Shown: in pieces, positions 13,795-29,010 of the stretch
Position numbering within the stretch: the first letter of the stretch is position 1
Layout: every line of letters begins with the position of its first letter
NCBI GenBank assembly: GCA_951406725.2
Contig: OX597821.1
Span: forward strand, 106,578,001-106,642,000
DNA: 64,000 nucleotides
Direction of reading: 5' to 3'
Source of the DNA: Octopus vulgaris
Lineage: Eukaryota
Position numbers and translations under genes: made by a program
Notes under the pieces: model-generated
Database searches by the model: none
Seen by the model: the letters and a program-made list of their open reading frames with translations, nothing else
What the model was told of the DNA's origin: nothing

Positions 13795-14640
13795 GGCTGG
13801 AGGGTATATAACAACAAACAAAATGAGTACAAATACCTGTCAAATATAATTAATGTAAATAATGTACATAATTCCTCGTCTCTTAAGTATAGAACTGTAC
13901 TATTCAGTGTCTTCTAGACTGAGGATCTTTGGATCTCATCCGTGTACCACATGTTATACATGACTTGCGTCAGTACGTTGCTGGCTTTACTAACGTTTAG
14001 TATGCCAATATTCCACGCTGAACAACGACATTACTGAAATAAATAAGGTAGTTTATACACAAAACATCACTCTCATGTTGTGTCTGTAATTCACTCTCTT
14101 GCTTTGTCACTGTCTCACTCACTCGCTCCCGATTTTTAACACACGTACATAAAAACGTCCATAGCCTTTTTCATTTCGTCCCATAAATTGAGAACATGTT
14201 AGAGAGATGTATGGTTCGAGAAGGATTTGGTACATTGGAAATTGAGAAGGAAGCAAATTATTGCAAATAACTATACATAGATTAACATAATTTTTTATTA
14301 TGAGAGAAATGTGTGAGTACATGTCTAGACTAATGCATGTATGTATTATCTTTATATTAAATGCATTTGCTGAAATTTGGAGGCGCGTGGATTAGTGTTT
14401 AGGGTGGCAGACTGACGAATGTAACAGTGTGGTATCGATTCGTGGACCAAGAGACGCGTTATATTCTTGAACAAATCTATTTATATCACGTTTCTCTTTT
14501 CCTCACCCTTCCTTCCATACGTATCCCACATGGGTTTTGTTTACATGCATTTTTATATATATTTATGAATTTATTTATATCTTATAATTCGTTTTCGATT
14601 TGGTTTGCAAGATTCTTTATTTGAGTTCTTGTGTTGAAGC

Positions 14641-14918
14641 ATATTCTGTTGAGTCTGGGGAGAGTCATTTTCGTTTTGTGTCTTATAATGTAACACACTC
14701 ACCGGTGAAATTTCCACTTATTCCTTATTTTTATTTTCTTAAATTTTTCGTTGCGTCTTGCAAACTTTTCAAGAGAGTCAAGATGATTCAAAAGGTTGCA
14801 AGGCGCAACGAAAATTTAGGAAAATAAAAATAAGAAAAAAGTGGTAATTTTACTGGTGCGTGTGTTACACTAAAAGGCACAAAAAGAAAATGACTTTCCC
14901 CAGACACAACAGTATACC
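14641..14918. repeat. Imperfect inverted repeat, ~130-bp arms
   Basis: 14641-14770 is the approximate reverse complement of 14789-14918 (both strands translate to VESGESHF/VVSGESHF). Confidence 0.85.
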
Positions 14919-14961
14919 TTATAAATATTTTTTTTAAATATTCATATGTGTCAATATTTAT

Positions 14962-15012
<51 letters not shown>

Positions 15013-15024
15013 CGCACCCCCTCC

Positions 15025-15057
<33 letters not shown>

Positions 15058-15058
15058 A

Positions 15059-15285
15059 GGAGAGCTGGTAGAACCGTTAGCACGTCGGGCGAAGTGCGTA
15101 CCCGTATTTCGACCGCCGCTACGTTCTGAGTTCAAATTCCGCCGAGGTCGACTTTGCCTTTTATCCTTTCGGGGTCGATAAATTAAGTACCAGTTACGCA
15201 CTGGGGTCGATGTAATCAAGTTAATCTCTTTGTCTGTCTTTGTTTCTCCTCTCTATGTTTAGCCCCTTGTGGGTAGTATAGAAAT
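15059..15285 (+). mobile_element. SINE family B
   Basis: Matches 12262-12470 head and core. Confidence 0.8.
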
Positions 15286-15880
15286 ACATATATATATACG
15301 GAACGAGGGGAAGGAAAAGGTAGGAACTGTCAGAGGATGATTCTATTCGTATGTTGGCATTGTTTACTTCAACAAAACACCTCATTTCATATCTCTCAAT
15401 CAGTTCAGTTGGCAATAGTGTGTAACCCTGCAACGTCACGTCCAGTTAGGGAATATATATACGCCGTAAATCCTGGAAACCGGTACTTATGAGTCAGTAT
15501 GGCTCGACAGCATTAACGTTAACTCTTTCATTTCTAGAAAGATCCATTATTCATCAGACAAGCAATTACTAACAGATAATATCGATACCATAATCAGTTT
15601 CACTTTAGAGTAAACAGTAGTTAATAGAAATTGACTGCATACAGTGTATATGTTACAATAAGGGGTGTGGTTATATTTTATGATAAGTGTATACCCAATC
15701 ACATGTTATAATATATTAATGAATGCATTAAAGTGGGTTGTTAAACGATTACAAAGAAACTAACAGCAAGCGAGAAACAACAATCAAAGATATACATATT
15801 AATATTCTGTTCAGTTTTGCATTCAGGTGAATTTGATTATACTAATATTTTTTGCAACTATATCAAAATCTAAGTAACTC

Positions 15881-16933
15881 ATGGAATCATATGAATCAGG
15901 CACCAAAATATCTGAATCACATTCGGTTTATATAAGAATGGACGACAACTCTCCAAAACCCGTAAGTGAGAGCACCTTCAATGAATACCTGGAGAAAATC
16001 AGACGTCTTGCAGTTGTATCTTCTATTCCTTCTAAAATAAGTTTAGAAATGTGGAAAAGATCTGATGTGAAAACACGAATTCTGTGTTTATGTCTCCCTT
16101 TACTCTATTTAATCTCCTCAATTGATATTGTACGCTTGATATGGCTTATTGTTGCACGTTATACATCAAACAAGAATAAATATATATTAGGGGAATTGTA
16201 CATGCTCATGACGAAGGTTTTTCCAACTTTAATATCACTAACCGTTATCTGGAAACGGAATCACATCTACGGATTAATCGATGATTTCCAAACTTATATT
16301 CCAATATGTCCAAATAATATATTGATGAAACGGTACAACAAATTTGGAGCATGTACTGTTTTAATTTATATACAAGTTTATTTCGTCATAGCCGCTATAT
16401 GCCAAATTATTTTACCGGCAACTTTAGTTGATCCGGAATATTTTTTGGAAGTGTTAGGATTTCCATTAACACGAGAAAATAAGTTTTTTGGGTTTATGTT
16501 GATATTAAATTTCTCAACAGATATATGGAATGCTATCGTTATTTTGTCACCTGACAGATTATATAAAGCATTAACATCAATATTCACAAAAGAATTTAAT
16601 TATTTATCAGATAAACTTAAAAAGTCCATACAGGAAATTCAACATTCGAACAGAAGAATCTCTGAGAGACGTAGAAATCTTAATGAAATATTAACACAAA
16701 TAATTAACCATCATACTAGACTGAGTCAATTGACGAAAAGAATTAACTCACTATTTCAGTTTTCTAATGGGTTGATGGCATTTATATTCACTTTTAACTG
16801 GTGTATTATAGCATATGAAATAGCAAATGACTTAGTCAATCAGAAAGGCTACGTACTACAAGTTGTTTCAGGAATAACGTCTGGAGTATATTTTTCATAT
16901 CTGATATACAGAGGACTGGTGTTTAATTCGTCT
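15881..16933 (+). CDS. Grl-like variable exon V3, TM1-TM6, subfamily B
   Basis: 351 codons, phase-0 GTAAGT at 16934; acceptor TTTTGCATTCAG ending 15826; KEFNYLS, HHTRLSQLTKRINSLF, QKGY motifs. Confidence 0.82.
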
Positions 16934-17173
16934 GTAAGTATCTGTTTTCTGTATTTTTAATGCGTAATTCTTTGAAAACAAAGGTGTTATTTTCCCGTCT
17001 ATTTCCATGATCATCTCCATATCTGCTCACTTGGATTCCCCTTATAGCATCTCATTATCCCGCTAACTCGTGCTTTGTTAGAGAATTAAGGGTTGTAAGT
17101 TCCGATCTTTCGGGCACCACAAAATTTCTTCTACATAAGGATCCTCTCGATCTCATGTGTTTTATATATATAT

Positions 17174-18053
17174 ACTAGCTTAAGGTGACCGGCTCTACGC
17201 GTGGGTAAGAGTGTGGTTGTTACTTTCTGTTGCTTCCTTTCCGTTTTTTATCACCGCATTCTCCCTCTTGATTCTCTCTCCTTTCTCTCTCACTTTCCCA
17301 TTCTCTTACTCTTCATTTCTATCGGACTCTCCCTCACTTTCTCTATCTTTATCTATCTCTCTCCCATTTATAAACAACAAAGGATCTTGAGTAAGTTGAG
17401 AAAGAAAATATTTTGAAAGATCAATCATAAATATCAGGCAGTGACAACGGAAAGCTCTCCTTCAAGGCAGACAGCAAAACACTAACATTTAAAAGGGACA
17501 GACGAACTTGCAAGCTGAATAAAAAAATTTTTAATATTGGAAACCAAAGTTTGAAGGGATAGAATCTGAGGATAGTAGAGTCACCATGGCTTGCATTTCT
17601 TAACGACGGACAGCAACATATTGGCAGTTTAACGGCGTAAAATTTTGAACTTGATGTAAAAGAAAGTTCCTAACCACGAAGTTTTGAAGTGATACTTTCT
17701 CACGACAGTAGACTCACCATGGCAAGCATTCAAAACATCTTCATCGTGGACGGCAACACATTGACGATTTAAAGGCTGGCGCAATTTTTTTAGTTTGATG
17801 TAACAGAGAATTTCTAAACACCCGCTCCTGTAAATTTAAAACCCCTTCCAGCCCCGTTTAGACATTTTTTCACATTTTGGTTAATATAACCCGATTTCAT
17901 TCGGGTCTTCTCGGGCAACATTTTATAAGATGAGGAATTTTGTCCTAGAGGTCACGCCTTTCATTTGAGGAAAAAATATTTGCCATGCAAACTCGCCAGC
18001 ACTTTTAACGCAGGTATGCATATTTTCAGCTCAACCGTCCACCTAATGCACAC

Positions 18054-18121
<68 letters not shown>

Positions 18122-18200
18122 CGTATATATATGTACATATATACGCATTATATATATATGTATGTGTGTGTGTACGCATTATATATGCAAATGTATACAA

Positions 18201-18241
<41 letters not shown>

Positions 18242-18487
18242 AAATGAAGAAAATGCTGACAAATAATTGAAGTAATTTAAGTAATTTAATTAGGTGAAAG
18301 TTCTTTTTACCGGTTGCGCATTTGTTATGCTTATCAAAATATATTTTGATAAGCATAACAAATGCGCAACCGGTAAAAATAACTTTCACTTAATTAAATT
18401 ACTTAAATTACTTCAATTATTTGTCAGCATTTTCTTCATTTCCTTTTTTATATATCACCACTCGTGTTCGACATCTCCTTCTTTTAA

Positions 18488-18520
<33 letters not shown>

Positions 18521-18994
18521 GAACAAACACACACACATATATAAATTAACCCAATAAATATGATTCATAATATTTGTTCTCATGATCGTGTGATGGTTGT
18601 GGCGACGATAATTCTCTCTATGAATACAGACAGATGTAGATAGAGAGAGAGAGTAACAGCGCTGGCGAAGGCGGTGTGGGAAAGCTAGTAGACGCTGTCA
18701 AATGATGTTATAGTGAGAATGTGAAAGGAAGGGAGGAAAGCGACAGAGGGAGACGAAGGAAGACAGGCAGATAAAAGAACGAGAGAAGACTTGTCAAAGT
18801 GTGCGCTTTTTGCCCTAGTAACGACACCTTTTAAGATAGGGATTTCTAACCTAGCCCACTCACATCCTCACTTCATTTTACATGTCCCTGTAAATTTTGG
18901 AATCAATCCCACGGGATCTAGTACCCTTTAACCCGTTCCAATGCAAAAACTAGACAAACACAAACTTTCTCATTTCAGATTTATAGATATCGAT
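17174..18994 (+). mobile_element. Possible non-autonomous Helitron/Helentron-like element with internal insertions
   Basis: Starts ACTAGC..GACCGGCTCTACGCGTGGG, ends AGACAAACACAAACTTTCTCATTTCAGATTTATAGATATCGAT, similar termini to 13003-13307. Confidence 0.35.
18227..18456. repeat. Near-perfect spacerless palindrome (~115-bp arms)
   Basis: Centre AAAATA|TATTTT at 18341/18342; both strands translate almost identically ([26 protein letters not shown]). Confidence 0.95.
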
Positions 18995-19016
18995 ACTCCT
19001 CACTCCCCCCTCTCCC

Positions 19017-19068
<52 letters not shown>

Positions 19069-19099
19069 TACGCATCGGTACACTATGTTCATATGTAGA

Positions 19100-19880
19100 C
19101 GAAGACTGTTTGAAAGGTGTAAGGACTGATGAACTGATTTCACAAACAATTTTTTTCAATTTCAATAATCTTCGTAGTTTCCTTTTGAATGTAATCTCTC
19201 TTGAATCTAATGCCCTTTTCCATCCCTCCCTGCCACACTTCTATTTACTGCTGGACAGATTCATCTGGGCTGTCCCTCAGCTCATTCGTTAAATTTTTCA
19301 TGTTGGATTTTATGTTTTCAAAACGGCCCCCTTTCATGATCCTATTGATATTTCGTGAAAGAAAATCTTCACACGAAGTACAATCAGGCGAATAGGAAGG
19401 TTGTTCGGGAACGGCGATGTTCTTCTTGCCTTGTACTTCTAGATGTTCAGGGCGTTGTGAGTAGGTGCATTGTTCCTGTATAGTAGGCTCTATTTGTTCT
19501 GCCACAATTCTCGTCTCTTCTCACACACTGAATAACGCTGAATCTCTCTGTAGTTTATTAACTGACCGATGGATGTTGTTCTCAGTCCTGCTTTTGAAAG
19601 TATCTCTGCTTCTGGATTCATATTTCACATCCTCGTGCTTCTCTTTGAACCTCTTGCGCCACTAAAACTATCGGTACGAGACAGATTGTAATCTCCATAC
19701 AATGACTGAGGCATATCAAGTGCTTGTGAAGGAGTTTTCCGAAACTGAACAAAACAGTTCCTTTTTATTCGTTGCTCGGTGTTCATCGTTTGTTCCTCAG
19801 TGCTCAGATGAACGACCTGAAAACGAAGAGGTATAAACGAAACTTATGAAATAACATGCGATGGTTGCAGAAATGTAAGG
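19100..19880 (-). mobile_element. Mariner transposon remnant
   Basis: PEQPSYSPDCTSCEDFL...MKGGRFENI resembles the mariner YSPDLAPCDF..LKG.RF motif. Confidence 0.7.
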
Positions 19881-20063
19881 GTACAGTTTTATACAACTCT
19901 ATCCACTTATACCTCTTTTACCCAGAGCTCCCACATCACGCTCTCTCCCGTTACTTTTCAGACAGAACTCCCACGTATGTACGTATGTATGTATGCATGC
20001 TTGTATGTATTAATATGTATGTAGAAGGTTGGAAAGTAACACAAGAGTTGATATATGTATGTA

Positions 20064-20102
<39 letters not shown>

Positions 20103-20579
20103 TATATATACATACATTCATACATACGTATACGCAAACGGTTAAAAGCAGAAAAGATAATGGATAGAAGGAAGTTCACTATTTTTTATTAATATGTCAG
20201 CCATCTTTGCTTCTACAGCTATTTCGATTAATACTCAATAATCTAATTACAAATCAGTGCTTTAATTTGCACTTCTGTGACATGAGCATAATTTCTTCAG
20301 AGGAAAAAAGCAGATGTAACCTTGTGATGGTATATGGGGAGCTATCAATTCATTGAAGCAGACGGCTAAAAGGAATTGTTAGGTTCACATATAACATCTC
20401 AAAGCTATATCTCTTTTCTTTCCTCTGATGAAATTATGATCATGTCACATAAATGCAAATATAATGTACTAAATTGTAATTAAAGGGCTGTAAGAAGATT
20501 AGTTGGTTAATGACAAATAAGTGTGAACTTCCTTATCTTAATTTTCTTTTCTTCCTTAAACTGGATATGAACTATTTGC

Positions 20580-20628
<49 letters not shown>

Positions 20629-20667
20629 AATATATATATAAAAGAAATGTATATATACATACATATA

Positions 20668-20739
<72 letters not shown>

Positions 20740-20759
20740 TGAATATATAAATATATATT

Positions 20760-23090
<2,331 letters not shown>

Positions 23091-23519
23091 CCGCGTGTGT
23101 ACCGTTGGCGATTTTTTCCCTCTGTCTTCCCTTCTCTGGATCTTTCCTTCTCCTATATTTCTGACGAAGAGCTCCGCTCAAAACCTTAAACCCTCCCTCT
23201 TTCCATCTTTCCTGAGCGTCCAATAATACTATATTTGTTCCACGTCCTCGCGTTGTGTTTTTTTTGTGCTTTCTTGTTTGGATTAACTTTATATATATGA
23301 TTTCCCGTCGCGAATACTGGTCGGACACAGACAGTGTGTCATTAACTAGCTGGGGGTGATGTGCTCTATGGAGCAGCGTCGTCTTTTATGGGACTGTCCC
23401 ATTTAGTTGACAACTATATTATTTATAAAAGGGTTCGTTATAAAACGATTCCACACCCATACCAACAATCCAGCATATAAGCTGACCCACGGATATCACT
23501 ATGTTTTCGACACGTGGAC

Positions 23520-25250
23520 CGTACCATTCAATCCAGCAATGTGAAAAACGCTAAAACCATTCCATAAAATTAATGAAAACCTTAGATATATTAATGCCAA
23601 TAGTAATCATCCACCCTGAATTAAGAAATCATTGACAGATAATATAGGTAAAAGAATATCGTTGCTTTCTTCTAATTTGGAGATATTCCAAAAACACGCA
23701 CCTTATTATAATGAAGCCCTGTGGGAGGTGGGCTATAATAATAATATTCAATTCCTTAATAATTCTAAATATGATTGTAATATAAAAGATTATAATATGA
23801 GTGATTCCTACATTTTATAACAATAAACCTAACATTAAAAATTCTAAAATTTATTTAGCTAATTATGGTATCATCAATATGTATTAAGCTAATGCAAAAC
23901 ATAACTATAATAATAGACCAGAAAATAAGATTAAATTTAATTCATTTAATGATAATAATAAATTTAATAATATAAAAATTAAGTATAATAATATTAATAA
24001 TAAGAATAAAATTTGGTTAATTATTCTTTATGGTGCTCAAGTTAAAACAAGCATTATTAAATAGATTTTAAACATAATGGAAGTATTCATTAGAGATAAT
24101 AAGTAATATAATATCATTTTTTCTAGTAACAATTTTGGGGTTGGTTATTCTACTACTAATAATGTTGGTAACATTATTTCTTCTTTTAACAAATTTAAGC
24201 TGAATAAGTTTTACAAAAACAAATCAAATAATTATTCCAATAATGATAGTATAGACCAGGATATAATTAATTCTACATGTAGAGATAAAACGACATGTAA
24301 TTTTAATAAGAAATGTAATTTGGATAATGTAGTATGTAAATGTGTAGTAACTTTGATTGAGGATAATAATAGGAATGTTGATAATTTAAATGCGATTTAC
24401 ATCATGCCGACTTCTTAATAAAATTGAATTACGGGTGACTCACTACATGAATTCTTTTAAGAATATAAATTTGATTAATTATACTGGCCTTAGAAAATTT
24501 ATATGGGAACTAAAATCTAAAATATTACGTGCAATTTAAATTGGGTGATAGTTTGTACGGCAAAATGATATCGAATAGGTAGTATTTATTGTTTATTATG
24601 TACTGATGAATTTAAGGAGATATTATTAAACAATATAAAAATTGTTTAATTACTAGACGAACGAAAAATTAAATGTAGACATAAGTTAAATTACTTATAT
24701 AATTCATTTAGCTAATTTGAGTGTATATATAAACCCTGTTTTATGTTACTAATTGTTGTAGTAATAATTTGTAGTAGTTAAATGTGTATAAATTAGTACA
24801 AGATTATATAGTGTAAATTACATAATTAGAATTAGATAAAACTTAAATGTTTATTAAATAAATTAATTAATTAATGAAAATAGATTAAATTATAGAAATT
24901 CAGCTTACTTTATGTATATTGCGTATTTTACATATTTTAGTTATAAATCATTTAGACTTTACAAATTTTCCAGTAAATGGTATATTGAAGTGTTTTTTTT
25001 TTTCTTATTCTCACAGCTAAAATACATTTTGTAATTTTAATAGCTTAAATACATATTTTTATCAATTTATTCTATAATTTTTATTTTCTCCATATTTTCA
25101 CGCAATATATTTCTTATAAACGCTAAGTTCTACGTATTAAGTTTAAATTTTTAGCTAACACAAATCCTTCGATAAGATAAGTTATCCTTTTATTTTGAGA
25201 AATATTGTGAAATGTTTTTCGATTATTTATAGTTAATACACGTATTTTCA
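23520..25250 (+). mobile_element. Highly decayed, very AT-rich Penelope-like element
   Basis: KPFHKINENLRYINANSNHP..IGKRISLLSSN..APYYNEAL, followed by an Asn-rich linker and degenerate GIY-YIG residues. Confidence 0.75.
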
Positions 25251-25295
25251 ATATTTATTTGATTAGTATAATTTAAGATACGTACATTTATTCTA

Positions 25296-25377
<82 letters not shown>

Positions 25378-25631
25378 CATTATCATTTTAGACCCGATTA
25401 GTGAATATATTTTTAACTAGAATTAATTTTAGATGGATTTAGTTTTAAATCGAATTGATTTTATTATTATTATCTATTTGAAAATATAACCACGAAAGGC
25501 GCGTAGTCTTTTACGGATATTTACTTTATTGAGTTTTAGAATAAGGATTTTATAGTATATGTTTTCTATATGGTGCAAATAACATCTTTCAATGCAGAAT
25601 TTTTTAACAGAAATCTTTCTCTAAATTATAT

Positions 25632-25700
<69 letters not shown>

Positions 25701-26017
25701 TATAGGCATAATAAGCTAATACTTCTTTAATGAAATCTGGGAAAATGGTATTGATTTCATTTGTTTCTCACATGACAATTATGTAGCCATTACTCTCCAA
25801 ATCAACTCTTTGTGAACTCATTAATTTAAACTCTTGGTAATTCTATAAATGTTCATTGCTAACTTGTGAAAAATTCATTACAGTTTATTCGTCCCATGGG
25901 CGTGCTTAAAATTAAGTTATGAAAAATTATGTTTGTTCATGTATGATTTATCTCCATGTAACTAATAGCATATCACAGGGTCACATTGTCATACCTATTT
26001 TTATATTATTTTCTAAC

Positions 26018-27063
26018 ATGAAATCGTCATAATACTACTGGCGAAATGTGTCTCGTTCCATATGAATACTGATCAATCTAACTCAAATACAATCAAAAAT
26101 ACTATTGCATATTCATTCCTCCTAAAATTTAAACATCTTTCGCTTACAAGATTCTTTTCTCGTGGGATATTTATAGAACAATGGAAAGATTATGGATTAA
26201 AGAGAGGAATAATTTATATTTTAATTTCATTTATGTATTCATTTTCTCGATATTATATTTGCTGCGCTTATTATAATGAATTATTCGAAAGGAAACCTTG
26301 AGTCGCTCTCCGGGAAAAGCGTTCTTCTTTTGCTGAAGATATAACCATGTTTAATTTTCATAAATATGTTTTGACACAGATCTCATATCTGCCAATCAAT
26401 CAATGAATTCGGTAACCGCATTCCTAGAAACTGTTCCTAGAAATTGTTCAAGATATGGCTGTGCATCACACGCAGGGTACATGTTTTGTCATATATAACA
26501 TATGTTATACTGTGGTGGTGATTTCTGAGTTCCAGGTTGCTTTCCGTTTGACACTTGTAGATCCGGATTTCTTATTTCATGTAATGGCTTTCCAGATATT
26601 GCGTGTGAGCGAATTGATTTTAATTAGTTTAGTAATTAAGTGCACGATAAATGTATGTGTGACAAGTCTTATCATATCAAATAATATAGTACACGTTGGA
26701 TTTCTGTTAATTATGATAGATGTGTATGAATACTTATCAACGAACTTTCAGTATAATTTACCGGGTAAACAAGACGATCATACAAACATATCTCCCGTCC
26801 AAACTCCTTGTATTGATATATTAAATAAGATAATTAAGCAGCTACACACACATTGTAGATTACATGAGATTAAGAACAAAACGTCTCATGTTACGGCCGC
26901 CATTACATTTCTCCTGTCAGCTATTACTTGTTTCGTCCTGCCACATGAAATCCCCAGTGTATTAATAAAATCAAAAAGATATTTACCTCAAATGATTTTC
27001 GCAATGGGAACAGCATCTAGATGTTTCCTATTAATATACAAAGATCTTCAGCTTGATTTGAAT
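26018..27063 (+). pseudogene. Grl-like variable exon pseudo-V4, subfamily A (paralog of V1)
   Basis: Aligns to V1 throughout (DPDFLFHVMAF, QDDHTNISP.QTPCIDIL); several stops and frameshifts; donor GTAAGT replaced by ATTAAT at 27064. Confidence 0.88.
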
Positions 27064-27416
27064 ATTAATATTTGTTTTTCTAATATCCTGCTTCAATTGT
27101 ATTAAATGACTATTCCTTCGTAAGTATTGTTTAAATTCAAGAATTCGTTTACAGGTGTTAGTGGAAGTCGTATCTAGACTTATTTGAAACCAACACGCCT
27201 AGTTACGTTTTATTCATTGAGCAAAACACCAAGTTAAAGTTATTTTTGAAGTGTGTTTCTGATCGAAATATATTCTGGCAACATATACAAACAGTGAAAT
27301 TCACTTCAGCACCTACTCTCAATATCCCTATTTAACAAAGACATATATGCTGCGCACAACCACATCCATACAGATAAGCATACAGATGCATATCAATATA
27401 TGTGTCCGTATATACA

Positions 27417-27462
<46 letters not shown>

Positions 27463-27573
27463 AACACATGCTAATCATATATATACATATATATATATAC
27501 ACTTATATGTATATACATATATATACATATATATATATATACACTTATATGTATATACATATATATACATATA

Positions 27574-27621
<48 letters not shown>

Positions 27622-27624
27622 CAT

Positions 27625-27703
<79 letters not shown>

Positions 27704-28254
27704 TATGTATGTATGTATTTACTGCCACACACACCAGCTTAATTTAATTCGTCCTTATTCAAAAGACACCTGTTGCTATGTCCTGTTATTTGTATTTGTG
27801 TAACATTCTCCGTTTTTTCCGTCCTTGGTTTCGTATACATTCGCTGATTTCTTTTCTTCAAAGGAATCTAATGTTCTTAGCTTAGTTTTTTCTGGCGGCA
27901 TGCCATATTGGAGCAATCTCGAGTTATAACCAACCGAAATTGCAAAGATAAACTGGAACTCAACTGAGGAAAGCCAGTTCCGAATGACCTGTCCTTGTCC
28001 TCCTTGCATCGTCTATCAGTGCACATGGTGGCACATATCAAATGTCGATTTGATTGCAGAGCAACGTGAAATATAGTGCTGTGCTCAAGAACACAACGCA
28101 ACGCCAGATCTGGGAATCGAACCCACGATCTCGCAATCGTGTTTTCAATAACTTAACCACTAAGTCATGCGCTTTCACGCATCTCTACATATCAATTTAT
28201 CTATCTCTCTACATATGTATATATATGCATATATATGCATGTATACACACACAG

Positions 28255-28288
<34 letters not shown>

Positions 28289-28810
28289 ACACATATATAT
28301 ATATATATGTATGTTTGACAGGGAAATTGGGAAAAAATACAAGTTGCTATATTTCTGATTGTAGAGATTTTGCTGATGTCTATATTTCAAATATGACCAA
28401 TTTAAATAATAACTTATGCTACTTTTGCTTTTAGATCGAAAAATTATGAATATTAATAAATAACTAAACAGTAGAAATGTAATTGTCACACGTCGGTAAA
28501 TGTGCTGGGAAAATTGTTAGAACCACGAACTATTCCAAATATACTGGTCTTATAGTTGGAATCAATTTTAGAAAACTCAGTATGTTGAGAGAAAGTCTCA
28601 CAGGCCTGACTGTAATCAAAAATGCAAACTTCCATTCTTAGCAGGACTTAAAAGATTCATTCAGTCGAACCCATCAACAGCGACGGCTGTAAAAAGTTCA
28701 TTTGTATGGCAGTGAGACAAACACATTTTCATACAAAATCGAACGTGAGGGGACACCGTGACATCCTAACTCCCCACACAGCATAATTCATTTTTAATTC
28801 AATGATATAA

Positions 28811-28855
<45 letters not shown>

Positions 28856-28888
28856 CGTGTGTGTGTGAGAGAGAGAGAGGAAGAGTGA

Positions 28889-29010
<122 letters not shown>

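Noticed and set aside
25898-25904. GGGCGTG box upstream of pseudo-V4
   Set aside because: Spacing (120 bp) differs from the other copies and it abuts a different repeat block, so not counted as the conserved element
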